Assembly: GCA_964622015.1 (NCBI GenBank)
Contig: CAZUPN010000004.1
Location: forward strand, 1 to 46,269
Length of the DNA stretch: 46,269 nucleotides
Reading direction: 5' to 3'
From: an uncultured Rhizobiaceae bacterium
Lineage (GTDB): Bacteria > Pseudomonadota > Alphaproteobacteria > Rickettsiales > UBA1997
In this document: positions 17,181 to 25,624 of the stretch, piece by piece
Position numbering within the stretch: the stretch's first letter is position 1
How the letters are laid out: each line of letters begins with the position of its first letter
Notes under the pieces: generated by a model
Told to the model about the DNA's origin: nothing
Database searches by the model: none
Seen by the model: only the letters and a program-made list of their open reading frames with translations
Program-made: the position numbers and the translations under genes

Positions 17181-19145
17181 TTAAATTTTCATTGGTAAAA
17201 TTATCATATTAATCCCTTTAACATGGAGGCGGCGCTGCATGACATAGGCCATATGGTTATAAATTAACTGATTAAAGATATTTTCATTTTCTAAAATAAA
17301 TTTAGTACCAAAAAATATTGCCTTTGGATAATCTCTGGTCACTCGGTAGCTGATTCTGGTTAGCTTTTCAACAATATCAGTATCATAACCAACATAGGCT
17401 CTGGCAAAGCGCCCGCTGGCATTGCAGTAATTTTTATATTTTTGTAAAATTGATTTGGTTCTTCTACGCATTTCACGCCATTTTTTTTCTTCTCTAAAAG
17501 TGTTAGAATCAACCTCACCTACCATTACAAAAATAAAATTCTGAAAAATTCCCGGGAATAATCTTTTAATTTCAAGTAGACAATTCATGCCACTGCTAAA
17601 ATTTTGATCAACAATTATTGCTGCAGTTGGAGCATTTTTATCCGAAATTTCGATTTTATCGCATGGGGCAATATTGCGATAATCATAAAATCGAGTTTCA
17701 ATATTAGTTAACAAAATTCTTAATTTGCGGTAGGAATTTTTTACTAATAGCCCAATAATCACAAAAAATGAGGTAATCACCAAAGTAACCCAGCCACCTT
17801 CATAGAATTTTTCGGTAATAGTGATGATTAAAATGCTGCCACAAATTATAAAACCAATCAATGAAACTACTAATTTTTGTCGCCAGAAAATCTTCCTTTT
17901 GCGATTTCTAATCCAGTAAATAGTTAATCCCAAAAGCGATAAAGAGAAGGTTATAAATACATTAATACTGTAAAGCACCACTAGAATATGCACGGCGCCC
18001 CTGGTAATAATCAAAGTGGCGATTGCGGTAATTGCCATGAATAAAATTCCGTTTTTAACTACTAAACGACTTGAAAGAGTGCTAAAATATTTTGGCATCC
18101 ATTCATCATTGGCCATATTGGCGACCACCGTAGGGCCGGCTAAAAATCCGGCATTAGCGGCAACAAAAAGCAATCCCGCTTCTAATAATAAAACAATTGG
18201 TACAAAAACTTTAGAAATTTGATAGCCCCCAATCGTCCAATTGCCAGAAATAGTATAAAAAACCGTGGCATTAAGAGTCTGGCCATCAACTTTATTAGAT
18301 CCCCATAATAAATATAAAGTTATAATACCAGCTGCAGTAAATGCCAAAGAAAGGGCCACTAAAAACATGGTTATTTTTGCGGTTTTGATTCTTGGTTCCG
18401 CTAAACTATGAGTATTAGTTGATACCGCCTCTAATCCGGTGTAAGTACCACCCCCCATTGAAAATGCTTTTAAAAATAAAGAAAGTAAAAAGATGGTGCC
18501 CATCGTCCCGCTAATGCCCCTAGCTTCTTCAACCGCTTGGGGAAATAATTCATTGATACCTGAATGATGGGATATGATGCCGTAAGTAATTAAAAAGAAA
18601 TGGGTGGCCACGAAACCAAGAAAGATCGGCATCAAAAATTTTATTGATTCTTTCATGCCGCGTAAATTAAGCAAAGATAGAGCAACGATTGCTAATATCT
18701 CAATTAGGAGCTTAATTCCACTCCAATTAGCCGGTAAAAATGAAAAGACCGCATCAACGCCGCTGGCAACTGAAATTGAAATAGTAAGAATATAATCAAC
18801 GATTAGCGCCGATCCGGAAACCAGCCCGGCATATGGCCCAAGTAATTTGGTTGCCACCCGATAACCGCCACCACCACTTGGAAATAATTCAATGACCTGA
18901 ATATAAGCATAAGAAATGACAAAGACAGTAATTGCAGTTGCAATTGCCAGATAAATTGCCAATTCAAAATGATCGCCAAGCGCCAAAAAGGCCTCTTCTG
19001 GACCATAGCAAGATGACGAAATTCCATCAGCACCAAGTCCAACCCAGGCTAAGAAAGCAATTAAAGAAATCGATTTTCTGGTCTGGGTATCAAAAAAATC
19101 TTTTGGTTTACCAAAGATAAAATGCTTTATCCTGCTAATTATCAT
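17181..19145 (-). CDS. APC superfamily permease with a ~190-aa cytoplasmic C-terminal domain (KimA-like architecture)
   Basis: 654 aa. The N-terminus RIKHFIFGKPKD...LAWVGLGADGISSSCYGPEE is followed by ~12 TM segments and a soluble C-terminal domain. Confidence 0.8.
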   Translation of the reverse strand: MIISRIKHFIFGKPKDFFDTQTRKSISLIAFLAWVGLGADGISSSCYGPEEAFLALGDHFELAIYLAIATAITVFVISYAYIQVIELFPSGGGGYRVATKLLGPYAGLVSGSALIVDYILTISISVASGVDAVFSFLPANWSGIKLLIEILAIVALSLLNLRGMKESIKFLMPIFLGFVATHFFLITYGIISHHSGINELFPQAVEEARGISGTMGTIFLLSLFLKAFSMGGGTYTGLEAVSTNTHSLAEPRIKTAKITMFLVALSLAFTAAGIITLYLLWGSNKVDGQTLNATVFYTISGNWTIGGYQISKVFVPIVLLLEAGLLFVAANAGFLAGPTVVANMANDEWMPKYFSTLSSRLVVKNGILFMAITAIATLIITRGAVHILVVLYSINVFITFSLSLLGLTIYWIRNRKRKIFWRQKLVVSLIGFIICGSILIITITEKFYEGGWVTLVITSFFVIIGLLVKNSYRKLRILLTNIETRFYDYRNIAPCDKIEISDKNAPTAAIIVDQNFSSGMNCLLEIKRLFPGIFQNFIFVMVGEVDSNTFREEKKWREMRRRTKSILQKYKNYCNASGRFARAYVGYDTDIVEKLTRISYRVTRDYPKAIFFGTKFILENENIFNQLIYNHMAYVMQRRLHVKGINMIILPMKI

Positions 19146-19346
19146 AAATTGCTTATTTTATAAATATTCTCATTTATTTATGAGATTTTTTTAGTATTAT
19201 TGCTATTTTAACAAAAAAATACTAATTATTTTAGTTATAATATTTTTAACTACCAGCAAAATACTAATTAAAGAAAATTTACTAGCTAGCATCTGCGGTA
19301 GAAATAGATCAAAACTGTCGAAAGTTGATAAAAAGCTTGTAAATCA

Positions 19347-19451
19347 AGATCTCTATTTTGTCATTGCGGCGCAGATTATAGTCCATTTTGCAGCATCTGA
19401 GACGTTGCTTGATGAATTGCAATCTGCGCCGCAATGACAAAATAGAGATCT
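19347..19451. repeat. 105-bp palindromic element: perfect 31-bp inverted arms with a 43-nt loop
   Basis: AGATCTCTATTTTGTCATTGCGGCGCAGATT at 19347-19377 is the exact reverse complement of 19421-19451. Confidence 0.9.
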
Positions 19452-19568
19452 AAGACAAGTAACTGATATAGCCGTACTATTTTATAAACTTTGGCCAACT
19501 TTTAACAATTATGGTCAATGGAATCATCGCTTGCAGCATTGCTTAAACTATTTTGATGCTAATTTTAA

Positions 19569-19883
19569 TTAAAAATTCAACCCAGGAGGTAAAGAAATGC
19601 CGCTTGTTGCTGATTTTATTGATTCAGCCGAGCTTTCATCAAGCTTCTTTTTAGCATCATTAAAAGCCGCAACAATTAGATCTTCCAATATTTCCTTTTC
19701 TTCTTTGGCTAATAATTGCGGGTCAATTATAATTTTTTTAGCAATCCCTAAACCGCTAACTATAGCTTTAACCATGCCACCACCTGAAATTCCTTCATAT
19801 TCAGCGCTAGCCAAATTTTCTTGAATTTCCTGCATTTTTTTTTGCATCTCCTGCGCTTGGCGCATCAATAATTTCATGTCCAT
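19569..19883 (-). CDS. ybaB: YbaB/EbfC family nucleoid-associated protein
   Basis: 104 aa. Contains MRQAQEMQKKMQEIQENL...GGGMVKAIVSG...DLIVAAFNDA. Confidence 0.9.
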   Translation of the reverse strand: MDMKLLMRQAQEMQKKMQEIQENLASAEYEGISGGGMVKAIVSGLGIAKKIIIDPQLLAKEEKEILEDLIVAAFNDAKKKLDESSAESIKSATSGISLPPGLNF

Positions 19884-20025
19884 ATATATTAAAATTTAAA
19901 TTGTTAAAATGTTAACCCCCTTAAAAAGGGCAACCTCAAGATTTTGTTCAATTCTTGCGCTCTTGTCAAGCTAGTTTTAAAAAAACAACCAAGAACTGCT
20001 CAAAGGAAGGGACGCGTCCCATAAC

Positions 20026-20098
20026 CTCTCTTTTGTCATTGTGACTGCAACCGCAATCGATCTTGCAACATCTTTACTACTTTACTGCTTGATGAATT
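20026..20098. repeat. partial copy (left arm plus loop, no right arm) of the 19347-19451 element
   Basis: CTCTCTTTTGTCATTG, TTGCAACATCT and TGCTTGATGAATT align with 19351-19418. Confidence 0.6.
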
Positions 20099-20250
20099 TT
20101 TTTAAGCTTAATCAGGATGTTTTAAAAACCATTGGAAAAATCAGAAAAGAGCAGAGTAATTCCTAAAATAACTGACTCAGATAATAAAATGCAACATTTC
20201 AATTATATCGATAATTATACCTATTCTTAAAGCTTGATGAGATAAATAAT

Positions 20251-20400
20251 GGGAAGGGATCAAGACCCCTTCCCGCACCTTCATTTTATTTCTACATCTT
20301 CATTTTATTGTTCCACCTTATTATTGATATCACAGCAGGAATGAGTCAGTGTCATAGTAGGAATAGTCAGTGCCACAGCAAGAATCGGTTCAATTGACCC
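20251..20400. repeat. GC hairpin (GGGAAGGG/CCCTTCCC) followed by 19-bp CTTCATTTTATT repeats and three ~21-bp units of the ATTCCTRC family (inverted)
   Basis: Stem at 20251-20258 and 20267-20274. Repeats start at 20279, 20298 and 20317, and at 20331, 20353 and 20374. Confidence 0.6.
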
Positions 20401-20534
20401 ATTGCTAATGTTTATGTCATCTTTATTAAACATTTGCTTTTGCTTATTTTCGAATTGATCCAAAAGTTAAGAAAGTTAAGGAGGAAGTTCAATAGATCCT
20501 TTTTATGCATGGCCGATAAAAGACTGAATTGGGT

Positions 20535-21605
20535 CTAAATTAGACTATCGTCATTTCTTTTATATTGATCAAAGCCATAATTTAGCAGTTTTTTAACTGC
20601 GACGATTCTTTGTCTTGAGGTTTTTACACGATTAACTACTACAATTAGCTCGCGATTATCACGATTTACGGTACCAACCATACCATATTGACCTTCGATA
20701 GTATGGCCGGTTTTCATTCCGGTTACACCATCATAACGCTGTCTCATTAGAGGGTTGGTATTGTTATGTTTGCGGTTATTATAGGTAAATTCTGAAATTG
20801 AAAAATATTTGGTATATTGTGGAAAATCTCTTCTGATTCTCATAGTCAGGGTAGCAAGATCTCTGACGCTCATATAATGGCCATTTTCAGCAAGGCCATG
20901 AGGATTCATAAAATGGGTATTTTGAAGACCTAACTCTTGAGCCTTTTTATTCATTAATGAAACAAAATTTTCAACAGAATCGGAGGTTGCTTCCGCTAAA
21001 GCAATAGCGGCATCATTAGCAGAAACTACCAACAAACCTCTAAGCAATTCATCAATTGTAACAACATCGCCATAATGCAAATACATCAAACTTGAGCCTG
21101 GTCTTACTCTGGATTTTTGTAATACATTTTTACCAATCAAACATTGATTATCAAAATCTATTTTGCCTTTATTTATTTGGTCAAAAATTACATAAGCAGT
21201 CATGATTTTGGTCATTGAAGATGGCGGAAATCTGATATCAGGATTTTTTTGCAGCAAAATTTCTTGATTCTTTGGATCATAAAGAAAATATGAATCGGTA
21301 TTTCTAAGGGCTATTTTTGATTCTAATTCCGGATTGATAAAATTTCTTACTCTGCCACGAGGTCGGTTTGCACTATATTTGGTGTTTTTCTTCTTGGATT
21401 TTAAATTGCTGCTTAAAGATTTCTGTTTTGAAATATTTTGTTTGTTAACATTGCTGATGGGTTTGGCTTTGTTAGTTTTACTGGTAGCATTTGCCTTTTG
21501 AATTGGCTTGGCCTCAACATTTAAAGATGAAAGGCAGATAAGCGAAAAAATAATGGTAAGATTAACAATAAAAGATGGAATTTTTCTAAACGCTTTTTGA
21601 GCCAT
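20535..21605 (-). CDS. D-alanyl-D-alanine carboxypeptidase (peptidase S11, PBP5/6 type)
   Basis: SMTK (SxxK), SAND (SxN) and KTGHT (KTG) motifs. ATG 21605 gives a signal peptide; the track start at 21620 is TTG. Confidence 0.9.
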   Translation of the reverse strand: MAQKAFRKIPSFIVNLTIIFSLICLSSLNVEAKPIQKANATSKTNKAKPISNVNKQNISKQKSLSSNLKSKKKNTKYSANRPRGRVRNFINPELESKIALRNTDSYFLYDPKNQEILLQKNPDIRFPPSSMTKIMTAYVIFDQINKGKIDFDNQCLIGKNVLQKSRVRPGSSLMYLHYGDVVTIDELLRGLLVVSANDAAIALAEATSDSVENFVSLMNKKAQELGLQNTHFMNPHGLAENGHYMSVRDLATLTMRIRRDFPQYTKYFSISEFTYNNRKHNNTNPLMRQRYDGVTGMKTGHTIEGQYGMVGTVNRDNRELIVVVNRVKTSRQRIVAVKKLLNYGFDQYKRNDDSLI

Positions 21606-21658
21606 TTTAATTTTTATCAAATTTCATTATTGCCATAAAGTTGGCATCGACTTTATTT

Positions 21659-22462
21659 TCAAGGACTAATTTTACTAACTTTGAGCTTATTTGGAATTAC
21701 TTTAGCGGACAGATCAACATCTATTACTTCTTTGTCTAAAGATGATCCCTTTTTTATTTGCGATTGCTTTTTTTTAGCAATTAAAATTTTACTTATTGCT
21801 ATATCTTCCTCTAAACTAGGATAATTACTAATGTCATCAATGTTTTTTTGCAAGTAATTATTTCCAATAATGAAATATTCTTTTTGCTTGTCAACATCGG
21901 TGCTGATGCCATAAACATCATTTTTTGGAACATGAATTTCATCAAACTCAGCTCCAACCCTTCTAAAAGCTGGATAATTGCCAGTATATCTGATTTCAAA
22001 ATCATTATCTGAATTATTATTTTCTACCGGCTGTTTATCTGAAGGGTGATAATTATTTTTGGATAAATTTTCTTTGCTATGATTAATAGCTTTTTTAATT
22101 TCCTTATTTCTGGTGAGATTAATTTTTTTAACCTGAGCGCCATATTTTTTTAAGAATTCATCATTATTTTTTTGCGGATATCGGCATCCAAAAATAACTA
22201 GCAAAGTAGCGCAAAACAAAATTTTATGCCAAATTAAGAGCCAGTTCCTACCCTGGTCACATCCTCTTTCGACCTTGTCATCCTCGCGAAGGCGGGGATC
22301 CATTTTGCAACATGATGGCTGTTGATCGGAGGATCCCCGCCTTCGCCGGGATGACAAGGTCAAAAGTTGGGATGATATTAGAAAATTAGGATTGAAAAAA
22401 AAGATAATTTTTCTATAAGCATCAGGCAATTTTGGTATATATCTAAAAAATTTTGCAATCAT
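21659..22462 (-). CDS. hypothetical lipoprotein whose 5' region carries an in-frame palindromic repeat; true start uncertain (22462, 22303 or a non-ATG near 22225)
   Basis: LFCATLLVIFGC looks like a lipobox. The downstream 190 aa are hydrophilic with no recognisable family. The upstream 80 codons run through repeat 22273-22359. Confidence 0.5.
   Translation of the reverse strand: MIAKFFRYIPKLPDAYRKIIFFFNPNFLISSQLLTLSSRRRRGSSDQQPSCCKMDPRLREDDKVERGCDQGRNWLLIWHKILFCATLLVIFGCRYPQKNNDEFLKKYGAQVKKINLTRNKEIKKAINHSKENLSKNNYHPSDKQPVENNNSDNDFEIRYTGNYPAFRRVGAEFDEIHVPKNDVYGISTDVDKQKEYFIIGNNYLQKNIDDISNYPSLEEDIAISKILIAKKKQSQIKKGSSLDKEVIDVDLSAKVIPNKLKVSKISP
22273..22359. repeat. 87-bp palindromic element (29-bp arms matching 27/29, 29-nt loop) embedded in frame in ORF 21659-22462
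   Basis: CCTTGTCATCCTCGCGAAGGCGGGGATCC (22273-22301) pairs with GGATCCCCGCCTTCGCCGGGATGACAAGG (22331-22359). Confidence 0.85.
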
Positions 22463-22478
22463 TACTTAAAAAAGGCAG

Positions 22479-23348
22479 TTATTTTTTTACTAAGAAACTC
22501 TTTTGTCGCGATTTAGATAATTTTTTGATTATAATTTGCGCCTGTTTTTTATTGGCAAAAGGGCCAATTAAAACCCGGTATGATTTTTTATCGCCAGATA
22601 TTGATTCTTCTATCATTGCTTTATGAAAGCTAGAAACCTGTTGTAAATTTTGATTAGCATTATCAAGTGATAAAAAAGATCCGCTTTGAACAAAAATACC
22701 ATGAGCGGGATTTTTTGAAATTGCTTGATTTTTAGGAGCTGGCAAATTATCGCTAACAGCAACTTTAGATCCGCTAAATTTAAAGCTTTTTGAGCTATTG
22801 GTTTTAGTTTCGGGATAATTTTTTAATTTAAAATTATTATACTCGCTATAATTGCTGAAATTGGCCTTTTGTTCTTGATTGTTACTATTTGTAATATTGC
22901 TTGTAGCAGCGAAATTACTCAATTGTGAATTATCTAAATTATTTTGCTTGGTATCTGCAACAGTTTTATTTTCTATTTTTTGATCAGTAACTACTGGATT
23001 ATTTTGCTCAGGATTTTGAACTGCATATTGACTGCCATCAAATTTTTCCAAATCATCCAATTGTTGATTAGGTGGCGAATTATTGACTATCGGCGCATTA
23101 TCAATTATCTGCCTGCTTGGAATTATAGGATTTGCAGTATTAGTGACATTATTATTTCTTTGAATTTTTGACATGATTTCTGCATTTAACTCTGGCACTC
23201 TGGTTTTGATTGGATGCGGCTTACCATTTAAATCAACAATACGGATCTGTGGTTGCTTATTATCTGAGGATTTATTGCGAAAATAGCTACAAGATGATAA
23301 TATTGAGATGATTAACAGACTTTTAAAAACTTTTAATAGATTAGACAT
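22479..23348 (-). CDS. SPOR domain-containing lipoprotein
   Basis: Lipobox ILSSC, a long Asn/Gln-rich linker, and a C-terminal SPOR-like domain (GIFVQSGSF...YRVLIGPFANKKQAQ). Confidence 0.8.
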   Translation of the reverse strand: MSNLLKVFKSLLIISILSSCSYFRNKSSDNKQPQIRIVDLNGKPHPIKTRVPELNAEIMSKIQRNNNVTNTANPIIPSRQIIDNAPIVNNSPPNQQLDDLEKFDGSQYAVQNPEQNNPVVTDQKIENKTVADTKQNNLDNSQLSNFAATSNITNSNNQEQKANFSNYSEYNNFKLKNYPETKTNSSKSFKFSGSKVAVSDNLPAPKNQAISKNPAHGIFVQSGSFLSLDNANQNLQQVSSFHKAMIEESISGDKKSYRVLIGPFANKKQAQIIIKKLSKSRQKSFLVKK

Positions 23349-23370
23349 TTTGTTAAAAATTTCATTAATT

Positions 23371-24276
23371 TTAATGACGATATTTTTTTTCTAAAAACTC
23401 AATCATTTTACTTGCTATATCAACATTTGTCACTTTTTCTATCCCCTCTAACCCAGGAGAAGAATTGATTTCAAGAATTTTTGGCCCGGTATTTGATCTT
23501 ACCATATCAACTCCGGCTAAATCAAGTCCAATTAATTTAGTAGCATTAATTGCCAATTCTCTTTCTTCATCAGTAATTTCAATTGCCTCACCTTTGCCAC
23601 CTAAATGGATATTAGCGCGGAACTCTCCTTCCTCAGCAACCCTTTGCATTGAAGCCACTACCTGATCACCAATTACAAAACATCTAATATCTTTGCCCTT
23701 TGATTCCTTAATATATTGCTGCACCAAAATATCAGCTTTAAGGCTACGAAAAGCATTAATCACACTTTCTGCCGCTTTGGTATTTTCGGCTAGAACTACC
23801 CCTACCCCTTTGGTTCCTTCAAGCAATTTTACTACTAAAGGGGCGCCGCCAACCAATTTAATTAAATCTTTAGTTTCATAAAATGAATTGGCAAAACTGG
23901 TGGTTGGAATATTAATGCCATTGCCGGCAAGAATTTGCAGAGTCCATAATTTATCACGCGATTTAATGATCGCATCAGATTTATTAAGACAATATACTTG
24001 ATTAGCTTCAAACTGCCTGACAATTACCGTACCGTAAAAAGTAATGCTTGGCTTAATTCTTGGTATTACCGCATCAATATTTTTAAAAGACTCACCTTCA
24101 TTATAATAAATCTCGGATTTGGCAGTAATATTATTGATATTTGCCGGTGATAATACTTTAATATAACACCCCCCAAGATCAGCAAAATCTACCTCATGAC
24201 CTCTTTTTTTGGCAGTCTCAATTATTCTTTGATTCGAATATAATTTGGGATTTGATGCCAGAATGGCTATTTTCAT
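23371..24276 (-). CDS. rimK: RimK family alpha-L-glutamate ligase (ATP-grasp)
   Basis: 301 aa. The ATP-grasp core is PLVVKLLEGTKGVGVVL...IRCFVIGDQVVASMQR...LEINSSPGLEGIE. Confidence 0.9.
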   Translation of the reverse strand: MKIAILASNPKLYSNQRIIETAKKRGHEVDFADLGGCYIKVLSPANINNITAKSEIYYNEGESFKNIDAVIPRIKPSITFYGTVIVRQFEANQVYCLNKSDAIIKSRDKLWTLQILAGNGINIPTTSFANSFYETKDLIKLVGGAPLVVKLLEGTKGVGVVLAENTKAAESVINAFRSLKADILVQQYIKESKGKDIRCFVIGDQVVASMQRVAEEGEFRANIHLGGKGEAIEITDEERELAINATKLIGLDLAGVDMVRSNTGPKILEINSSPGLEGIEKVTNVDIASKMIEFLEKKYRH

Positions 24277-24283
24277 AATTTAA

Positions 24284-24778
24284 CTATTTATATAATTTCA
24301 AAATTTTAGATCTTGTTACCTTTCCTTGCACAAAGGCACGGGCAGTATCTACCACCATATTAGCTTGCTTTATAGCGTCCCTTCCAAGTAACATTCTAAA
24401 TGCCATCGAATCTCGATTAGCCAAAGTGATTTCAATTTCTAGCTCTTTTTTTCCGATTTGCAATTTTGATTTAATTACAAATCTTTTTTCTTTTTTACCC
24501 CCTGAATCACAAACCATCCTACGTTCAACAACTGGAGCAATGCATATTTTTTGCATCACTTTATTTTTCTGCAAAGGGTGAATATAAAATTTTACATATT
24601 CAACACCCTCAATGTAAAAACTCTCAATATCAAAGGCATGTAAAGAGGAAGTTTTGGCCCCGGTATCAATTTTGGCCTTAATTGCTGGTAATCCAAGGCA
24701 AGTAAGGCTAAACCATTCTTTCCAGCCAATAATATTTTGGCGATCAATTGTAATTTTTTTATGTTTTTTTACTATCAC
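24284..24778 (-). CDS. RimK-associated retropepsin-like protease (Zn_protease/DUF785 family, RimB-like)
   Basis: IGWKEWFSL...LPAIKAKIDTGAKTSSLHA carries the DTGA aspartyl motif. Its GTG start overlaps the kdsB stop (TAGTG). Located directly upstream of rimK. Confidence 0.75.
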   Translation of the reverse strand: MIVKKHKKITIDRQNIIGWKEWFSLTCLGLPAIKAKIDTGAKTSSLHAFDIESFYIEGVEYVKFYIHPLQKNKVMQKICIAPVVERRMVCDSGGKKEKRFVIKSKLQIGKKELEIEITLANRDSMAFRMLLGRDAIKQANMVVDTARAFVQGKVTRSKILKLYK

Positions 24779-25548
24779 TAATTTTTATTTTTAATTAATC
24801 TGATAATATTCTCCAAATCTTCTTTAGTATCAACGGATGCCGGGCAAGAATCAACAATCTCAACCACGATTTCAATATTATTTTCAAGCGCTCTTAGCTG
24901 CTCTAATTTTTCTCTTTTTTCTAAATTTGAAGCCTCAAAAGACACAAATTCTTCCAGGATTTTTTTATTATAAGCATAAATCCCGATATGGTGATAATAA
25001 TTTCCTGCGCCATAAGGAATCGGGCTGCGAGAAAAATATAAAGCCCGACCTGAAACTATTTGATTTAATGATTTATCGCTATTTTTATATGGTGCAAGAG
25101 CAATCTTTACTACATTTGAATTATTAATCTGATTTGTGTCTTTAATTATTGAAGCAGCGGTAGTAATTTGGTGATCATTTTTTAAGCAGGAAGCCCCAAT
25201 TCTATTGATAATTTTTGGATCAATATCAGGCAAATCTCCCTGCAAATTAACTATCACCTCAAGATCGTCAGTGATTTTTTTATCTAATTGTTTAAAAGCG
25301 GCATAAATTCTATCGGTTCCAGACCCTAAATTGGGATCAGTAATGATATATTTAGCACCAAATTTTGCCACTTCAAGAGCAATTTCTTCACCATCACAAG
25401 CAATAAAAACTTCTCCTAAATTTGCAGCTAACGCTTGGTTATAAACCCTCTGAATCATGGCTTGGCCGCAAATATCAGCCAATGGCTTATTTGGCAATCT
25501 GGTTGACGCTAATCTCGCCGGAATAAAAATCGCAATTTTATTTTTCAT
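24778..25548 (-). CDS. kdsB: 3-deoxy-manno-octulosonate cytidylyltransferase
   Basis: IPARLASTRLPNKPL, VNLQGDLP and HIGIYAY motifs. Confidence 0.95.
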   Translation of the reverse strand: MKNKIAIFIPARLASTRLPNKPLADICGQAMIQRVYNQALAANLGEVFIACDGEEIALEVAKFGAKYIITDPNLGSGTDRIYAAFKQLDKKITDDLEVIVNLQGDLPDIDPKIINRIGASCLKNDHQITTAASIIKDTNQINNSNVVKIALAPYKNSDKSLNQIVSGRALYFSRSPIPYGAGNYYHHIGIYAYNKKILEEFVSFEASNLEKREKLEQLRALENNIEIVVEIVDSCPASVDTKEDLENIIRLIKNKN

Positions 25549-25624
25549 ATTATATTCTTTAAAAATATTTCACCGTGATTATACTGCAGACGGCTCTATA
25601 ACAAAACGCAATTTATTTAAAAAA

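Noticed and set aside
19146-19346. c-di-AMP (ydaO-type) riboswitch upstream of the KimA-like permease gene.
   Set aside because: The minus-strand leader is almost pure A/T and lacks the GC-rich conserved helices of that motif.
19884-20534. SRP RNA, tmRNA or RNase P RNA, or a dnaX pseudogene, in the large gap upstream of ybaB.
   Set aside because: I could not find the conserved SRP domain IV, RNase P P4 or tmRNA motifs by eye. I also found no DnaX-like translation in any frame. A covariance-model scan is still advisable.
25457-25624. N-terminal extension of the ABC exporter ORF.
   Set aside because: It overlaps the kdsB 5' end on the opposite strand by ~90 nt. The internal ATG at 25625 gives a normal ABC exporter N-terminus.
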